Of a stretch of 64,000 nucleotides of DNA, positions 26,032 to 37,954 are shown piece after piece. The notes beneath the pieces are model-generated. The model did not search any database, was not told where the DNA came from, and saw only the letters and a list, made by a program, of their open reading frames with translations. Within the stretch, counting starts at the first letter, position 1; each line of letters opens with the position of its first letter. This stretch comes from Squalus acanthias (taxonomy: Eukaryota). A program made the translations under genes and the position numbers. The stretch is from NCBI GenBank assembly GCA_030390025.1, contig CM059438.1, positions 68,946,001-69,010,000 of the forward strand. Reading direction: 5' to 3'.

Positions 26032-27552
26032 GGCCAAAAGATACTGGGCCGGATATGCCGATCCCTATGGGTGGGTACGCGCTGTGTACCCACCCGTAGG
26101 GACATCGGAAATGCCGGTTTCAGGCATGCACAGCGCATGCGCTGGAAACCGGCATTTCCGATCTGTCAAGAAAGCTCTTGACAGATCCTCCAGCTGCCCT
26201 GGAGAAGGGCCTCTGCGGGCGGATAGTTCCGCTTTGTGGAGACCCTCCGTCTGCAGAAAGCACTTACAATTCTTGCGCCTGGTAAAAGCAGGCGTAAGGC
26301 CTGCTTTTACCAGGATAAGAGTTGAAAAAAGTAAAAAAAAAAAAATTCTCTTATTTATCATTTAAAAATACTTTAAAAAAACGGTAAGTTCATTTTTAGC
26401 CCCATAAAAAACTTTAATTATTTTTTTCAAAAATTTAAATTTTTGTTTAAAATAGTTAATTTATGTAATTTCAAGTCATTAAAAATGTGATTTAAAAAAA
26501 AAAATTATTTAAAGTTTTACTGGCCCTGAAATTCGCCTCTACGGCTTGCCGCGGGGGTAAGGATCGCGCGCGCACTTACCTACCGCGCCTGCCGTTGTGT
26601 TTTGGGCCCACAGGAACTTCAGCTCCTGGGCCTGCTCCAAGAGCCAGCGCGCAGTGCTTGCGTATCCCAGGGGCGTAGTTCGTGCGATGCGTCCCCTGGG
26701 ATCACGTGGGCCATGGAGAGCCAATGGCAGCAGACCATCTTTCAAATCTGTGAATTGAAATCGGCCCCAAAAGAACAGCTAAACTTAAAATACATTTTTA
26801 AAAAAACCATCACATTTATAAAATAACTATAAGTTAAATAAATTAACCACTTTAAACAAAAATTTTAATTTTTGAAAAAATTAAAATACTTTTTAAAAGT
26901 GATCAAAATAAACTTACCTTTCTTTGAAGTATCTAAAAAAGATAAACCTGTTGAAAATTTTTTTAAATTATACTTAATTAACCACTTACCTTGCTGAAAA
27001 CGGCTCCTGCGCCTCCTTTTTATAATGCGGAGATGCTTTTTATAAGCGTAGGTTTTTCACTACTTACCCTCCCGTAGAAACCTGAAAAAAAATCTAAGTT
27101 TGCTGCATGCACGCAGCCTCTGCCGCGCACGCGGTTCACCTAGGAACCACCCCCTTCACCAGACCGGAAGTTCCGGTTTCCCGCGCATGCGCAGTGCATG
27201 CAGGAAACCCGCACTTCGGGACGCATTACGGGTGAGTACGCACTGTGTACTCACCCAGGAAGGGCTGAATTTTTGGCCCACTATGTTTTGGGGGTGATCT
27301 CCATTCATATATTTGACAGGTCTTCCTGTCAAATGAATGAAGGGAGATTCCCTTCTCTGATAGGCTCCCCATAGCCCACGTGATCCCAGGGACTACCTGC
27401 GCCCCTGGGATACGTGGGCCCTGCGCACCGGCAGTTTGGAGAGGCCCAGCAACGGAACTCTGCTCCTCCCGGGAGCCCTCCGGTCTTGGCGCAGATTTTT
27501 CCAGTTCGCAGCCCTCCGCCCGCGGGTGGCCTGCGATCGGAATATCTGGGCC
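26032..27552. mobile_element. GGCCC-family MITE (copy B), interrupted by copy C
   Basis: Ends GGCCAAAAGATA / ATATCTGGGCC. An uninterrupted mirror copy lies at 38902-39619. Confidence 0.9.
26522..27279. mobile_element. GGCCC-family MITE (copy C) nested in copy B
   Basis: TIR GGCCCTGAAATT/AATTTTTGGCCC, TSD ACT. Empty site with a single AGT at 39181-39183. Confidence 0.95.
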
Positions 27553-28721
27553 AATAGCCATATGTATTTGGTTGATGTCTGAATACTTCCTTTGCATTCA
27601 GTTGTGTCTACTATCCTATGTCTACTATGAGTGCATGTCCTCATAGTCACCATCAGAGAAATTCTTACTTCTTCTGTAGTATGCACATAATCAGTAGTAT
27701 AACTTGCTCAGCTACAAAGTAAGATGAGTTTCACAGAAACACTTTATACTGCTAATCGGTTCTCTTTACTCAGCCCAGCATTTTCTTCACAATCAATTAT
27801 TTAGTTGAAGAAAACGGCACTGTGGTGTTAGCAAAAGGCTTCAGTCAGTTGTTGCCAGCAGTACACTTCTTTAGTCTTGACCAAGTCACAAAGAAATTCT
27901 AAGAATAAAACAGGCTCTGCCCTCGTCTTCTTCCCCAGCCTTGTAGCTATTTATTGGCCCAAAAATTCATCCTGGTGCGCGAGAGTACGCACTGCGTACA
28001 CTCGCGTATTCCCTCTGCAATTGCCGGTTTTCTGCATGCACTGCGCATGCGCTGAAAACCGGCACTTCATGTCGGGTCAGTTTCATGGATATGCGAGTAA
28101 TCGCGTGGGCTGGTGATTCTGCGCGTGCGTCGGAAAATTCATGTATTTTGTGAATGAGAGTAGTGTGTGTAAGCTCCTAGCAGTTACACATTTTAAAACC
28201 AGGAGCAGCAGCCATTTATACATTTACGGAGATAGTAGGAGGAAGAAATCCTTTTGGAGTGGGGCTACTGAGGTGAGTTTTTTAAATCTGAAAGACACAA
28301 AAGTTTTAAATGAAGTCTTATATAAGTTACGAGTTTTAAAAAAAAAAATGTTTTAAACGGGTTTTGTCCATTTGGAGTAGTATAGCAACTGTGGGTGTGT
28401 ACAAGGCATATTTAGGTATCTATCTGTGAAAATGAAAGTTTAAAAATGAACTGTTTACGTTTCAAAAAGTTTTAAAGATGAAAATGAGTAAGTAAGTAAG
28501 TAGGTATGTATGTATGTATGAATTTATGAAAATGTTACAGTTTTGGAAAATCAGCTAGGGCCGTGTGGCGGGTAGATGTGTTCCCAAGCTGATAGCGCAC
28601 GTATCCCACCATAGCCTGACCTGATTTTATAGCCACTCACTTAACTAAAGTTACTTTAACAACTATTTCCATTTTTTCATTACAACTTTCAGTTTGAAGA
28701 GGAAGCCTGTGTGAGAGAAAG

Positions 28722-29873
28722 ATGCCCTTTTGCAATCGATTCCTGTTCCTCCTCTGTGGGATTGCGTATCTGAGAATTTTCGAATACAGACAACTAATCA
28801 GACGGAGGAACCAAGCCCGTCTCCTCCAGAGAAGGAGAAACTACTACCCACCAAATAGAGTGTACAGGCAGAGGCTGTCATTTGAGATGCTGTCGGAGGA
28901 GCTGTGTGTGAGGAGGCTGCGCTTCAGTAAAGAGTCAATTGGCCGAATCTGTGAGATGTTAAAGGAGGACCTTCAAACACGCACGAAGAACCGCAATGCA
29001 TTGTCACTGAGCATGAAGGTAACCACAGCACTGAACTTCTTTGCAAGTGGGACTTTTCAGGCAAGCACCGGTGACATTTGCAACATATCCAAGAATGCTG
29101 CGAGGGCCTGCATTCACCAGGTCACAGAAGCCATTTTCCGTAGGGCTTCTGAGTTCATTAAGTATGACTTGTCTGCTCGCCATCAAAAGGAGATGGCGCT
29201 TGCATTTCATAACATTGCTGGATTCCCCAAAGTGATTGGGGCTGTCGATGGAACCCATGTAGCATTGAAGGCACCAGGGGTTGCACCTGTGACATTTATC
29301 AACAGGAAGGGGTTTCATTCACTGAATGTCCAGATTGTCTGTGTTGCGCATCTCAGGATCTTAAATGTGAATCCAGGTAACCGTGGAAGTAATCATGACT
29401 CCTTCGTCCTCCGTAACTCTGACTTATATGGCGTCCTCAACGCATTGCCTCCAGGATCCGCATGGATATTGGGCGACAAGGGCTACCCGCTAAGACCATG
29501 GCTGATGACTCCCTACCGCAAGACCAATAATGAGGCTCAGGAGAGATACAACCAGGCACACGTGTCCACACGGCAAGTGGTGGAGAGGACAATTGGAGTT
29601 CTGAAATCACGCTTCCGGTGCCTGGACAGGTCAGGGGGGACCTTGCAGTATTCTCCTCAGAAAGTGGCAAAGATTGTGGTGGCCTGTTGTGCTTTGCATA
29701 ACTTTGCCCTGCAGGAAGGACTGACCCTTAACGCTGCAGATGAACTACCTGCAGAAATGGAGGACGTGGACAATGCCAATGTGCCTGTGGGAAGGCATGA
29801 TGGGGAAGAGCCAACTGCTGCTCAAAGTAAGGCTGCTCGGGAGCAGCTGGTAGCCAACACCTTCACGAGGTAG
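28722..29873 (+). CDS. Harbinger transposase / HARBI1-like DDE nuclease (383 aa, intact)
   Basis: Motifs [62 protein letters not shown]. Candidate 5'-UTR intron (GAG|GTGAGT ~28274, TTTCAG| ~28692). AATAAA at ~30143. Confidence 0.95.
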   Translation: MPFCNRFLFLLCGIAYLRIFEYRQLIRRRNQARLLQRRRNYYPPNRVYRQRLSFEMLSEELCVRRLRFSKESIGRICEMLKEDLQTRTKNRNALSLSMKVTTALNFFASGTFQASTGDICNISKNAARACIHQVTEAIFRRASEFIKYDLSARHQKEMALAFHNIAGFPKVIGAVDGTHVALKAPGVAPVTFINRKGFHSLNVQIVCVAHLRILNVNPGNRGSNHDSFVLRNSDLYGVLNALPPGSAWILGDKGYPLRPWLMTPYRKTNNEAQERYNQAHVSTRQVVERTIGVLKSRFRCLDRSGGTLQYSPQKVAKIVVACCALHNFALQEGLTLNAADELPAEMEDVDNANVPVGRHDGEEPTAAQSKAAREQLVANTFTR

Positions 29874-29886
29874 TGTCGCCTTGTAC

Positions 29887-30129
29887 CTCCCGCTCCCCCT
29901 CCCCCTCCCCCTCCCCTCTCCCCCTCCCCTCTCCCCCTCCCCTCTCCCCTCTCCCCCTCCCCTCTCCCCCTCCCCTCTCCCCCCTCCCCCTCCCCCTCCC
30001 CTCTCCCCCTCCCCCCCTCCCCCCCCCCCTCCCCCTCCCCTCTCCCCCTCCCCCCCTCCCCCCCCCCCTCCCCCTCCCCCTCTCCCCCTCCCCCTCCCCC
30101 CTCCCCCTCTCCCCCTCCCCCTCCCTCTC
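29887..30129. repeat. Near-pure C/T tract (CCCCT/CCCCTCT)n
   Basis: Directly visible. Sits between the transposase stop codon and the poly(A) signal. Confidence 0.95.
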
Positions 30130-31034
30130 CACCAGCAAGGCAAATAAAGGTACAGACACAATTTAAAGTGAAACAGTGCTCTTTTATTGCAGCATTACAG
30201 ACTTCTGAGGTTCATTGTTGCTGTACATAGTTTATAACTTTTCAATGTTAACTAGCTACTTTTCAACTTTGTAAACAATCGTAAACAGAAATAGGTTTTA
30301 AAAAAATTTGTTAACAGTTCTCAGTAACTTTTTTGCTTCGTTAATGCAGTAAAGACATTCAAGATGGGAAATAACTCTTTCCTAAATGTAAACAAGTTTA
30401 AATGTTCAATTTTTTTGTGAAAATAAACAATTTGAATTTTTATAAAGTGACTAAAGGCTGTACTTTTTCAATGAAAAGCTAACTTTCAGTTTCAGTGTCA
30501 AATATATATATAAATAAAGAAAAATGTAAACATGTAAGTTTTAAATAAAACTAAAAATTAAACACTTGAAAAATTTAACCACAAATAAACTATTTAAATT
30601 ACTTTAAATCTCTTTGCAAATGTTTAACATTACTCAAATTATACTAAAAATCTTTAAAAGTTTACAAAACCATGCATTTAAATCCTACTTACTGCAAATT
30701 CCACCTGGAACAGTGAGAAAACTGTGTCTTCAACAGCTTGTACAATGGTTTCAGTGGAGAAAAAAATCGGGGGCGTGGCCTATGGAAAAGAGACCTTAAT
30801 GGGCGTGTAGTCACTCCACATCGCACGCGATGCAACGCGCACGCTGCGCTGCAGGGCAGTGTGACGTCATACGCTGCCCTGCACTCAATCAGCCAGAAGA
30901 TGAATTTTCTCCGTGGAAAAGACGAAACGGCAGACGCGGTATGTATTACCGCGCCTGCTCCTTACACCCGCGGGAACAGAGCCAGATCAATTTCTGGCCC
31001 ATTAATATGTTAAACAGCTATATTTTAAAGACTA

Positions 31035-31736
31035 GGGAGGAGAAATTGGGCTCTCTAGCAGCCATTTTTTAAGTACTCCGCAGCCTCCTAACAGTGGAAA
31101 ATGGGATCAGAGATGCACGCACACACTTCCGATGGGAAGTGGGCTGGACGCCATCTTGGTAAGGGGGTTTGCGCGCATGCACCTAACTCCCGCTGGCAGC
31201 ATAAAGTGCAGGCAGATTATGATCTCAATCAGTGGGCAGCGCTGATTTGACACCAGTGCTGCCATTTTTGAAAGCCACGCTCCAGCCTACACCCTCTCTC
31301 AATGTTGCACAGCTGAACACGATGTTAAATGGCATGAAGACCGCCCCCTCCCACCAGTACTATTTAAAGGGATCATGAACTACTTACAGGTTATTTGCTG
31401 GATTATTTCTTCCAGCTACTGGTGCAATTGTATGCATTTTTGGAACTTTCCTATGCTTGCCTAAAGTTTCAAAAGTCTACAGGTGCTGGTGCTCAAGTAC
31501 TTTATTGTTCATTTAAAAGCTTGTGCTGAAACAAGTTGCTTCCAGAGGTGGGTGGCCTTATAAGCCTTCCTCTTGGAATTGAGCATGACTGGGAGAATAA
31601 AGAGAGGCCACGCAGAGCTGCTAGAAGAGGGAGGAGGGGGAGAAGGGCTCTCAGCAGGAGACCATATCCGCTGAGGGTCTTTAGGGAGCAATTCTATTAC
31701 CTCAACTTCAGCAAGGACAAATTCTTGAGACATCTT
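31035..31736 (+). mobile_element. Duplicated end of the 34731-38467 Harbinger (TIR plus start of nuclease gene), truncated at breakpoint
   Basis: Reverse complement of 37757-38467. Encodes ..RRPYPLRVFREQFYYLNFS.. Confidence 0.92.
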
Positions 31737-31738
31737 GA

Positions 31739-32432
31739 GATATCACCTACCGCGTCTGCCGTCCTTGTTTGCCCCCGCAGGAACTTCGGGTCCCGGGCCT
31801 CTCCCTAGTGTTCCTGCGTGTTCCAGGGGCACAGTTAGTGCGATGCAACCCCTGGGATCACGTGGGCCATGGAGAGCCAATGGCAGCAGACCATCTTTCA
31901 TTCATAGATTTGACAGGAGATCTGTCAAATCTGTGAATTGAAATCGGCCCCAAAAGAACAGCTAAACCTCAAATAATTTTTTTTTTTAAACCATCACATT
32001 AATAAAATAACTATAGTTAAATAAATTAACCACTTTAAACAAAAAGTTAAATTTTTGAAAAAATTATAATACTTTTTAAAAGTTATAAAAATAAACTTAC
32101 CTTTCTTTAAAGTCTCTAAAAAAGATAAACCTGTTGAAAAAAAAATTAAAATTATACTTAATTAACTACTTACCTTGTTCAAAAGGGGTCTTACGCCTCC
32201 TTTTTACTTGTGTAGAATCTTCCATACTTACCCTCGCGTTGAAACCTGAAAAAAAACCTAAGTGTGCTGCGTGCGCGCAGCCTCTAGTGCGCACGCGGTT
32301 AACCTAGGAACCGCCCCCTTCACCATACCGGAAGTGCCGGTTTCCCGCGCATGCAGGAAACCAGCACTTCGGGAACGAATACGGGTGAGTACGCACTGAG
32401 TACTCACCCGAGAACGGCCGAATGTTTGGGCC
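31739..32432. mobile_element. GGCCC-family MITE (copy D), lacking ~50 bp of one end
   Basis: Begins abruptly at GATATCACCTACCG, ends AATGTTTGGGCC|AAT. The missing terminus is present at 41814-41863. Confidence 0.9.
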
Positions 32433-35011
32433 AATATATTTTTCTTCGATGAAACCACTGCAATAACATTTTCTGCAAAATTGTACCCAATATCAATCTC
32501 TTCAGGAACAAAAGTCATCTAGCTCAAAATATAAAATATGCTTTTTCATATAGCAGGGCATAAAAGGTCAGAGTTCCGAATCTCAACTGCTTGCACCAAG
32601 CTAAGGCCTTGAATTTCACTGCAAGAAGGAAGGGAAAATCAGAAGTCCAGTCATCATTTTAGTAGCTACTTTCAGAGTACAAACTAGTCGTCTTCCTACA
32701 CTGTGACCTATGGATATTGAATGGGGAGACACAAATGTAATGAAATTGACTCAAGAGGGAGCTTACCATCAAATGTTTGTTTCATGTTTTTATTTCTTTT
32801 GATGCAAGAGAAATGTGGAGAATTTTAGAAGATTTCCACATTGCCAGTCTGTTCAAACTGAAGTGAAAGGTCATATTTTATGCATAATTTTAGTGCACAA
32901 ATATTATCAGCTTGGCTCAGTTGCTGACACTCTTACCTCTCAGATTAGAAAGTTATAGATTCATGGCCCAGTCCAGGATTTGAGTACATAATCTAAGATG
33001 ACACTTTGCAAGTGGCTCGATTTAAGAGTTCGCAGGTTGCTAAAGATGGTTCACTCTCAAAACCAAATGCCATAAAACCATGAGAGAAAATTCAGTGATC
33101 CTGCCCTTTTAACAAGGAGCCACATTTGAAGTGAGCATGAATCATAGAATTGGTGCTATGATGCTATAGCTCCATCTCTGACCTGTGGTCCCTTCAACTA
33201 TAAATCCCTGCAGGGAGCACACTGTTCTCTCTCCACTCAGCTTACACTCACAGCAGTGCAGTCATGTTTTAAACCCCCAACTGATCATGACTGCTGATTG
33301 GGAATCAGCTTAAGAAAGCTTATGGTTTTGATAAGAGAGAAAATGATACATGGGCAGTGGAGTAATGTCATTATACCATTACCCAAAGCCAAGTTGTATT
33401 GATTGAACTAAGCGGCTGATTGTACATATTGTCCTGTGCCGTTCACCTTACTGTGGAATAAAGCAGTTTACAACTTGAACTAAACTTCGCTTCATCTAGT
33501 GTTAACACAGTCTGGCCTTGGAGACACTGAAGAAATTCACATGGATATCTTCTCCTCTCCCTCCAGTAGAGCTTTTGGTACCATTGGGTACTTCTTCTGG
33601 CATCTTGGATGAGATAGAATCATAGAATCATAGAATGGTTACAGCACGGAAGGCAGCCATTCGGCCCGTCGAGCCCATGCCGAGATATGGGAACATTTTC
33701 CTGCTGATGGCAGAAAAGGCAGAAGGACAGTTGAGACGGAGGTCTGCGGCTGAAAAGGAACCCCATCTTCATTCATTGGACAACTGGACACTAGCTGCTA
33801 CTTCTAACCATTTCAAAACAAACATCATTTGTTTTCATGGGGCTCGGTACGAGAACCCTGCTCTACGGAGGTGAGATTAATGAAAGCCCTAAAGTTTCAG
33901 ATTAATTTTCATAGATGTGACAATTATAATAGAAGTAATAAACATTTCAATAATAGCAGCACCAATACTCATGTCACTAACCCGCTTTGCCAATCAATAT
34001 TATTCCATTATACTCTGCATTGTTCATTAAAGGTGCAGATGGTGCCATTAAGACTGTGTCATGATACTCCAGTAAGCAATTACTAGTCTGTTTGCAGTTT
34101 ATACTCCAGATAAATGGGAACCATCGCTTACCTCAGGAATCCTTGAAGAAACACGAGCTGAATTAAATGCAGCCCAAATGTGAACGTGTCTTTTCTGAGT
34201 GAAAATAATAAGTAGGATAATCTAACAAAGCATATCAATTTGAATGTGCTCGCCCATTAAGCATTTTCTTTCTTCCAAAATCATTCACAGGAATGGCCGA
34301 CTGATAGACATCTTTATTAAAAATCTAATACTGAAGTCAAATGCAGTAGGTGCTGGTAAAATATGATTGAACAAAGTAATAAATAGCTCAGTGACCTCAA
34401 ACATGACTGCTTAATGACATATACAAGATATACAGAAATTCTTCAGACTCACAAACTAGTTGACGAGGGATCTTTCTTTCCAAATTGAAAATCCAATATC
34501 TAAATTCAGTGGAATACAGGTGCAAGAAATGTAAGTTAACAGAGCATATTTACATTGCCTCTGTTTTACCTTACATTCTCTCCATTGAAGGAATAATAGT
34601 CAATGGTCAAGTGCTTTCATGATCAGTTCTGCATTGAGAAATGGATATTGCATTTTGGTTTTCATATCTTGACACCACAATAATTGAATGCTGGGAGTCC
34701 AGGCTCCAAGTGCTGAGTTAAGAATTCTAGGGGGAGACATTGGTTAACCCCCGAAATCAGGTGTGGAAATCTCGGTACGGGATTAACCCGCACCCGTTCA
34801 TTGCATTGCAGGCAGCACGTTAAATTCATGGTGTGTGGCCAGCACTCCTCGTGCTGTTCATTGGCTGCACACATCAGCAGGAGGCCCGATATCATGAGTA
34901 GCTAGTGCTACTTAAAGGCAGCCTGCACCTCTTAAAGGGGAGGTGCATTCTGGCTGTAAGAAGTGTTGGGAGTCATTTGAAAACTGAATCTGGGTTGTGA
35001 TACTTTGAGGA

Positions 35012-36830
35012 ATGGCTGAACATGCGAGAGAGCGTGCACCAAGGTTTTCAGATGCTGCACTGGAGGTCTTAGTGGAAGAGGTGGAAAGAAGGGGAGATGT
35101 CTTGTATCCACAGGAGGGCAGGAGGCCCTCCAGACCGATGCTCAAGAGGCAGTGATATCAAGTAGTGGTGGAGGTCAATGCCAGGAGTGTTGTTCCAAGA
35201 ACATGAATGCAGTGCAGGAAGAAGGTAAATGATCTCACACGAATCGTCAAAGTGAGTGAGTTCATCTTCAAATGGCATATCCTACAAACTGCAACCCTAG
35301 TCTCATCCACTACTCAATTCACTCATTTACCAACAATCTCTATCAAATCAGTACTCAACCCTCAAATTCATATGCTTTACCTCACCCTCAAACACATAGC
35401 ACTGTTTCAAATCTCGCACCCACAACTCACAGCTCGCATACACTGGGAGCTTTTCAACCATGACAGCCACATCACCCAAACATATTGCAGGTTTATGGTG
35501 GCGCATAACAGCAGGCAGCAACAAAGAACTGGAGGTGGACAAGCTTGCTTGCATGTTTTAACCCCCATGGAAGGGACAGTGCTGGCCATCATGGGAAGAG
35601 GCATCGCTGAGGTCGTGGCCACTGGTGGGGTTGAAGCAATCAATGATGAGGGTAACTGCATACCTAATCCTCCTTCTGTCATCCCAGTTCTCCCTCATTC
35701 CACAGACGCTTCTGAATTAGAAGCTGCAGATGGTGTAAGCACGCACTGCTTACTTTTGCCTCTCCTCTCATCACAATCCAAATCTTGTCCCTTTTTCATT
35801 TCAGATACCCAAGAATTAGAGCCTTCCCAATTAGTGGAGGAAGAGGAAGAAGACAGTGAAGATGAAGAGACACAGTCACTCGATCTTACACTCGCTGCCA
35901 GCAGCTCAGATACTGAAACTGCATGTATTACTTCCTTTCCAACATGGAACAGGCGGTCACCTCCGTCAGCACACCTGTGGAGCCCACCATGATGCAGTTA
36001 CAGATGGCCAATGTCTACAGCTTCCATTGCAGCACAAGCAGCTTCCAAAGTTCTGAGTGCTGCGGTGGAAGCTCAGACTGCTGCCATCATGGCCCTGGAT
36101 ACCCCTGTTCAAAGGGGCTTACAGGGCGTTACAGCACTCCATCAATCTATTCTCCAACAGATCAGTAGGATTGCTGAGGAACCACCCTGGGAGAGTGGCA
36201 GTGGCTCCACCTGCTCCACAAGTGGAAGATGAAGGACAACCCGAAAAGTGACTGTGACCATGGGTCCCAGACCATGGAACACATCACATCTACCTGCCCA
36301 CTAAGATCTGTTGTGGGAGGCACCATCTCAGGAGGCCACCGAATGGGTAGCCAAACTAGACATCCCATTATAGGCTTTTCCCGTCATACGAAACAACAAC
36401 TGCATGTATTTTAAAGGCTAGGATAGAGGAGCGATCTCCACATGGTGAGACACCGGGCACAAGAGCGCAGGAGCCAGGGCGGGGGTAATGGATAGTGCAG
36501 GTGCCAGCTCGCTGGAGGGCGAGGTCGCACACTAGTTCTGCTGCAGAGGAGTTAGAGGAGAACATCGATGGGCCAGACTACACAGGAAGACTGATGGGTG
36601 TATGTTACCAAATGCTTGGTGCACTAGAAAGCCTGCCATAAATCTGTGCTCAATGTCAAGGAGCATGGAGGAGTCCAGCACCAACTTGGCACAGGGCTTT
36701 GCATAGAGCTTGGAGCCCATCCTTTCCAACATGGAACGGGTGGTCACCTCCATCAGCACACCTGTGGAACCCACCATGATGCAGCTTCAGATGGCCGATT
36801 GTGCTGCAATGTAAACTGTGCTAACAGCTT
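35012..36830 (+). pseudogene. Harbinger Myb/SANT-like DNA-binding gene remnant (spliced)
   Basis: MAEHARERAPRFSDAALEVLVEEV..QCRKKVNDL with stops. Exon 1 35012-35251 (AAA|GTGAGT). Exon 2 ~35491-35651 (AHNSRQQQRTGGG). Acidic exon 3 from ~35805. Confidence 0.85.
35930..36397 (+). mobile_element. Chimeric retro-insertion: Myb-exon fragment plus non-LTR (RTE/RTEX-like) 3' end
   Basis: Flanked by 13-bp duplication AACTGCATGTATT. The 3' part encodes LHKWKMKDNPKSDCDHGSQTMEHITSTCPL and ends in (AAC)n. Confidence 0.8.
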
Positions 36831-36849
36831 CATCATGTAGAGCTCCGGC

Positions 36850-37954
36850 AGAAAGGGCCTGTCTATGTTGTAGCCTCCTTCCTCTTCCTGTTCATTCACA
36901 TCCTGTTGCACATCCTTCTCCTCCTACTCCTTGTGCTCCTTCTCCTTAGCTTCTCGCCTGCTAGGTGATGGCAAGGGCTGTTCCCTCATCATGGCACGAT
37001 TGTGCAGCATGCAGCATGCTAAACTCAAATCTTGATCGCCACTCAGCTGAGTACTGCAGGGCTCCTCCAGAGAAGTCTGGGCAGCAGAAGTGTTGCTTGA
37101 GGCCGCCGATGGTGTGTTCTATAATGTTCCTCGTGGCAGCATGGCTTTCATTGTATGCCTGCTGTGCACGTGCCCATGGGTTCTGGACCAGAGTCATAAG
37201 CCATACCATGAGTGGATAACACTTGTCACCCAGTAGCAGGCCTTTGACTTGCCGAGGTGAGTCAAATATAGGTGGCACAGAGGACTGCCACAGAATGAAG
37301 GAATCGTGACCACTGCCAGGATAACGGGCATTCACCTGCATGATGAGCTGCCTGTGGTCACAAGCCAGCTGCACATTGAGGCACTGGAATCCCTTTTGGT
37401 TCATGTAAATGGCCGAGTTCAGATGCGGCGCATGCAAGGTAATGTGCGTGCAGTCAGTGGCACCATGCACCATGGGGAAGCCTGCAATCCATGCAAACCC
37501 TTGTGCTAGCTCTGACTGTTTGTGTCTGGCAAGAGGGAATGAGATGAGGCTGTCTCTCTGTATATAGTGACCTCCCTTATGCAGCAGTGCACTGCAAACT
37601 GTGAGATGTTCCTTATAGCTCCAGCAGCAGCCTGGAAGGAGCTAGATGCATAAAGGTTAAGAACCTTGGTCACCTTGACAGCCATCGGCAATGCTCTGAG
37701 GTTGCAGTTGAGGCTGCAACAGTTGGCAGATTTCAGTCACAACCTCTTGTGACATGAAGATGTCTCAAGAATTTGTCCTTGCTGAAGTTGAGGTAATAGA
37801 ATTGCTCCCTAAAGACCCTCAGCGGATATGGTCTCCTGCTGAGAGCCCTTCTCCCCCTCCTCCCTCTTCTAGCAGCTTGTCCTGCTCTGCGTGGCCTCTC
37901 TTTATTCTCCCAGTCATGCTCAATTCCAAGAGGAAGGTTTATAAGGCCACCCAC
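36850..37954 (-). pseudogene. HARBI1-like nuclease pseudogene
   Basis: TDCTHI, NQKGFQCLNVQ, PGSGHDSF, LLGDKCYPL, IIEHTIG motifs split over frameshifted ORFs. Confidence 0.9.

Larger units (their letters stand above)
27956..31000 (+). mobile_element. PIF/Harbinger DNA transposon encoding only the DDE nuclease
   Basis: TIR GGCCCAAAAATT/AATTTCTGGCCC, TSD ATT, empty site at 38499-38501, intact HARBI1-like ORF inside. Confidence 0.95.
24400..31736 (+). repeat. Left arm of large inverted duplication (partner 37757-~41250)
   Basis: 24544-27952 and 31004-31736 are reverse complements of 41105-38502 and 38498-37757. Matching ORF pairs are visible in the track (24490/40965, 25408/40036, 27393/38768). 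Confidence 0.96.

Noticed and set aside
28722..29873. Host domesticated HARBI1 gene
   Set aside because: It lies within TIRs and a TSD with a paralogous empty site, so it is a transposon gene. No symbol assigned.
29745..30166. Poly-Pro and poly-Gly ORFs
   Set aside because: Artefacts of the (CCCCT)n tract.
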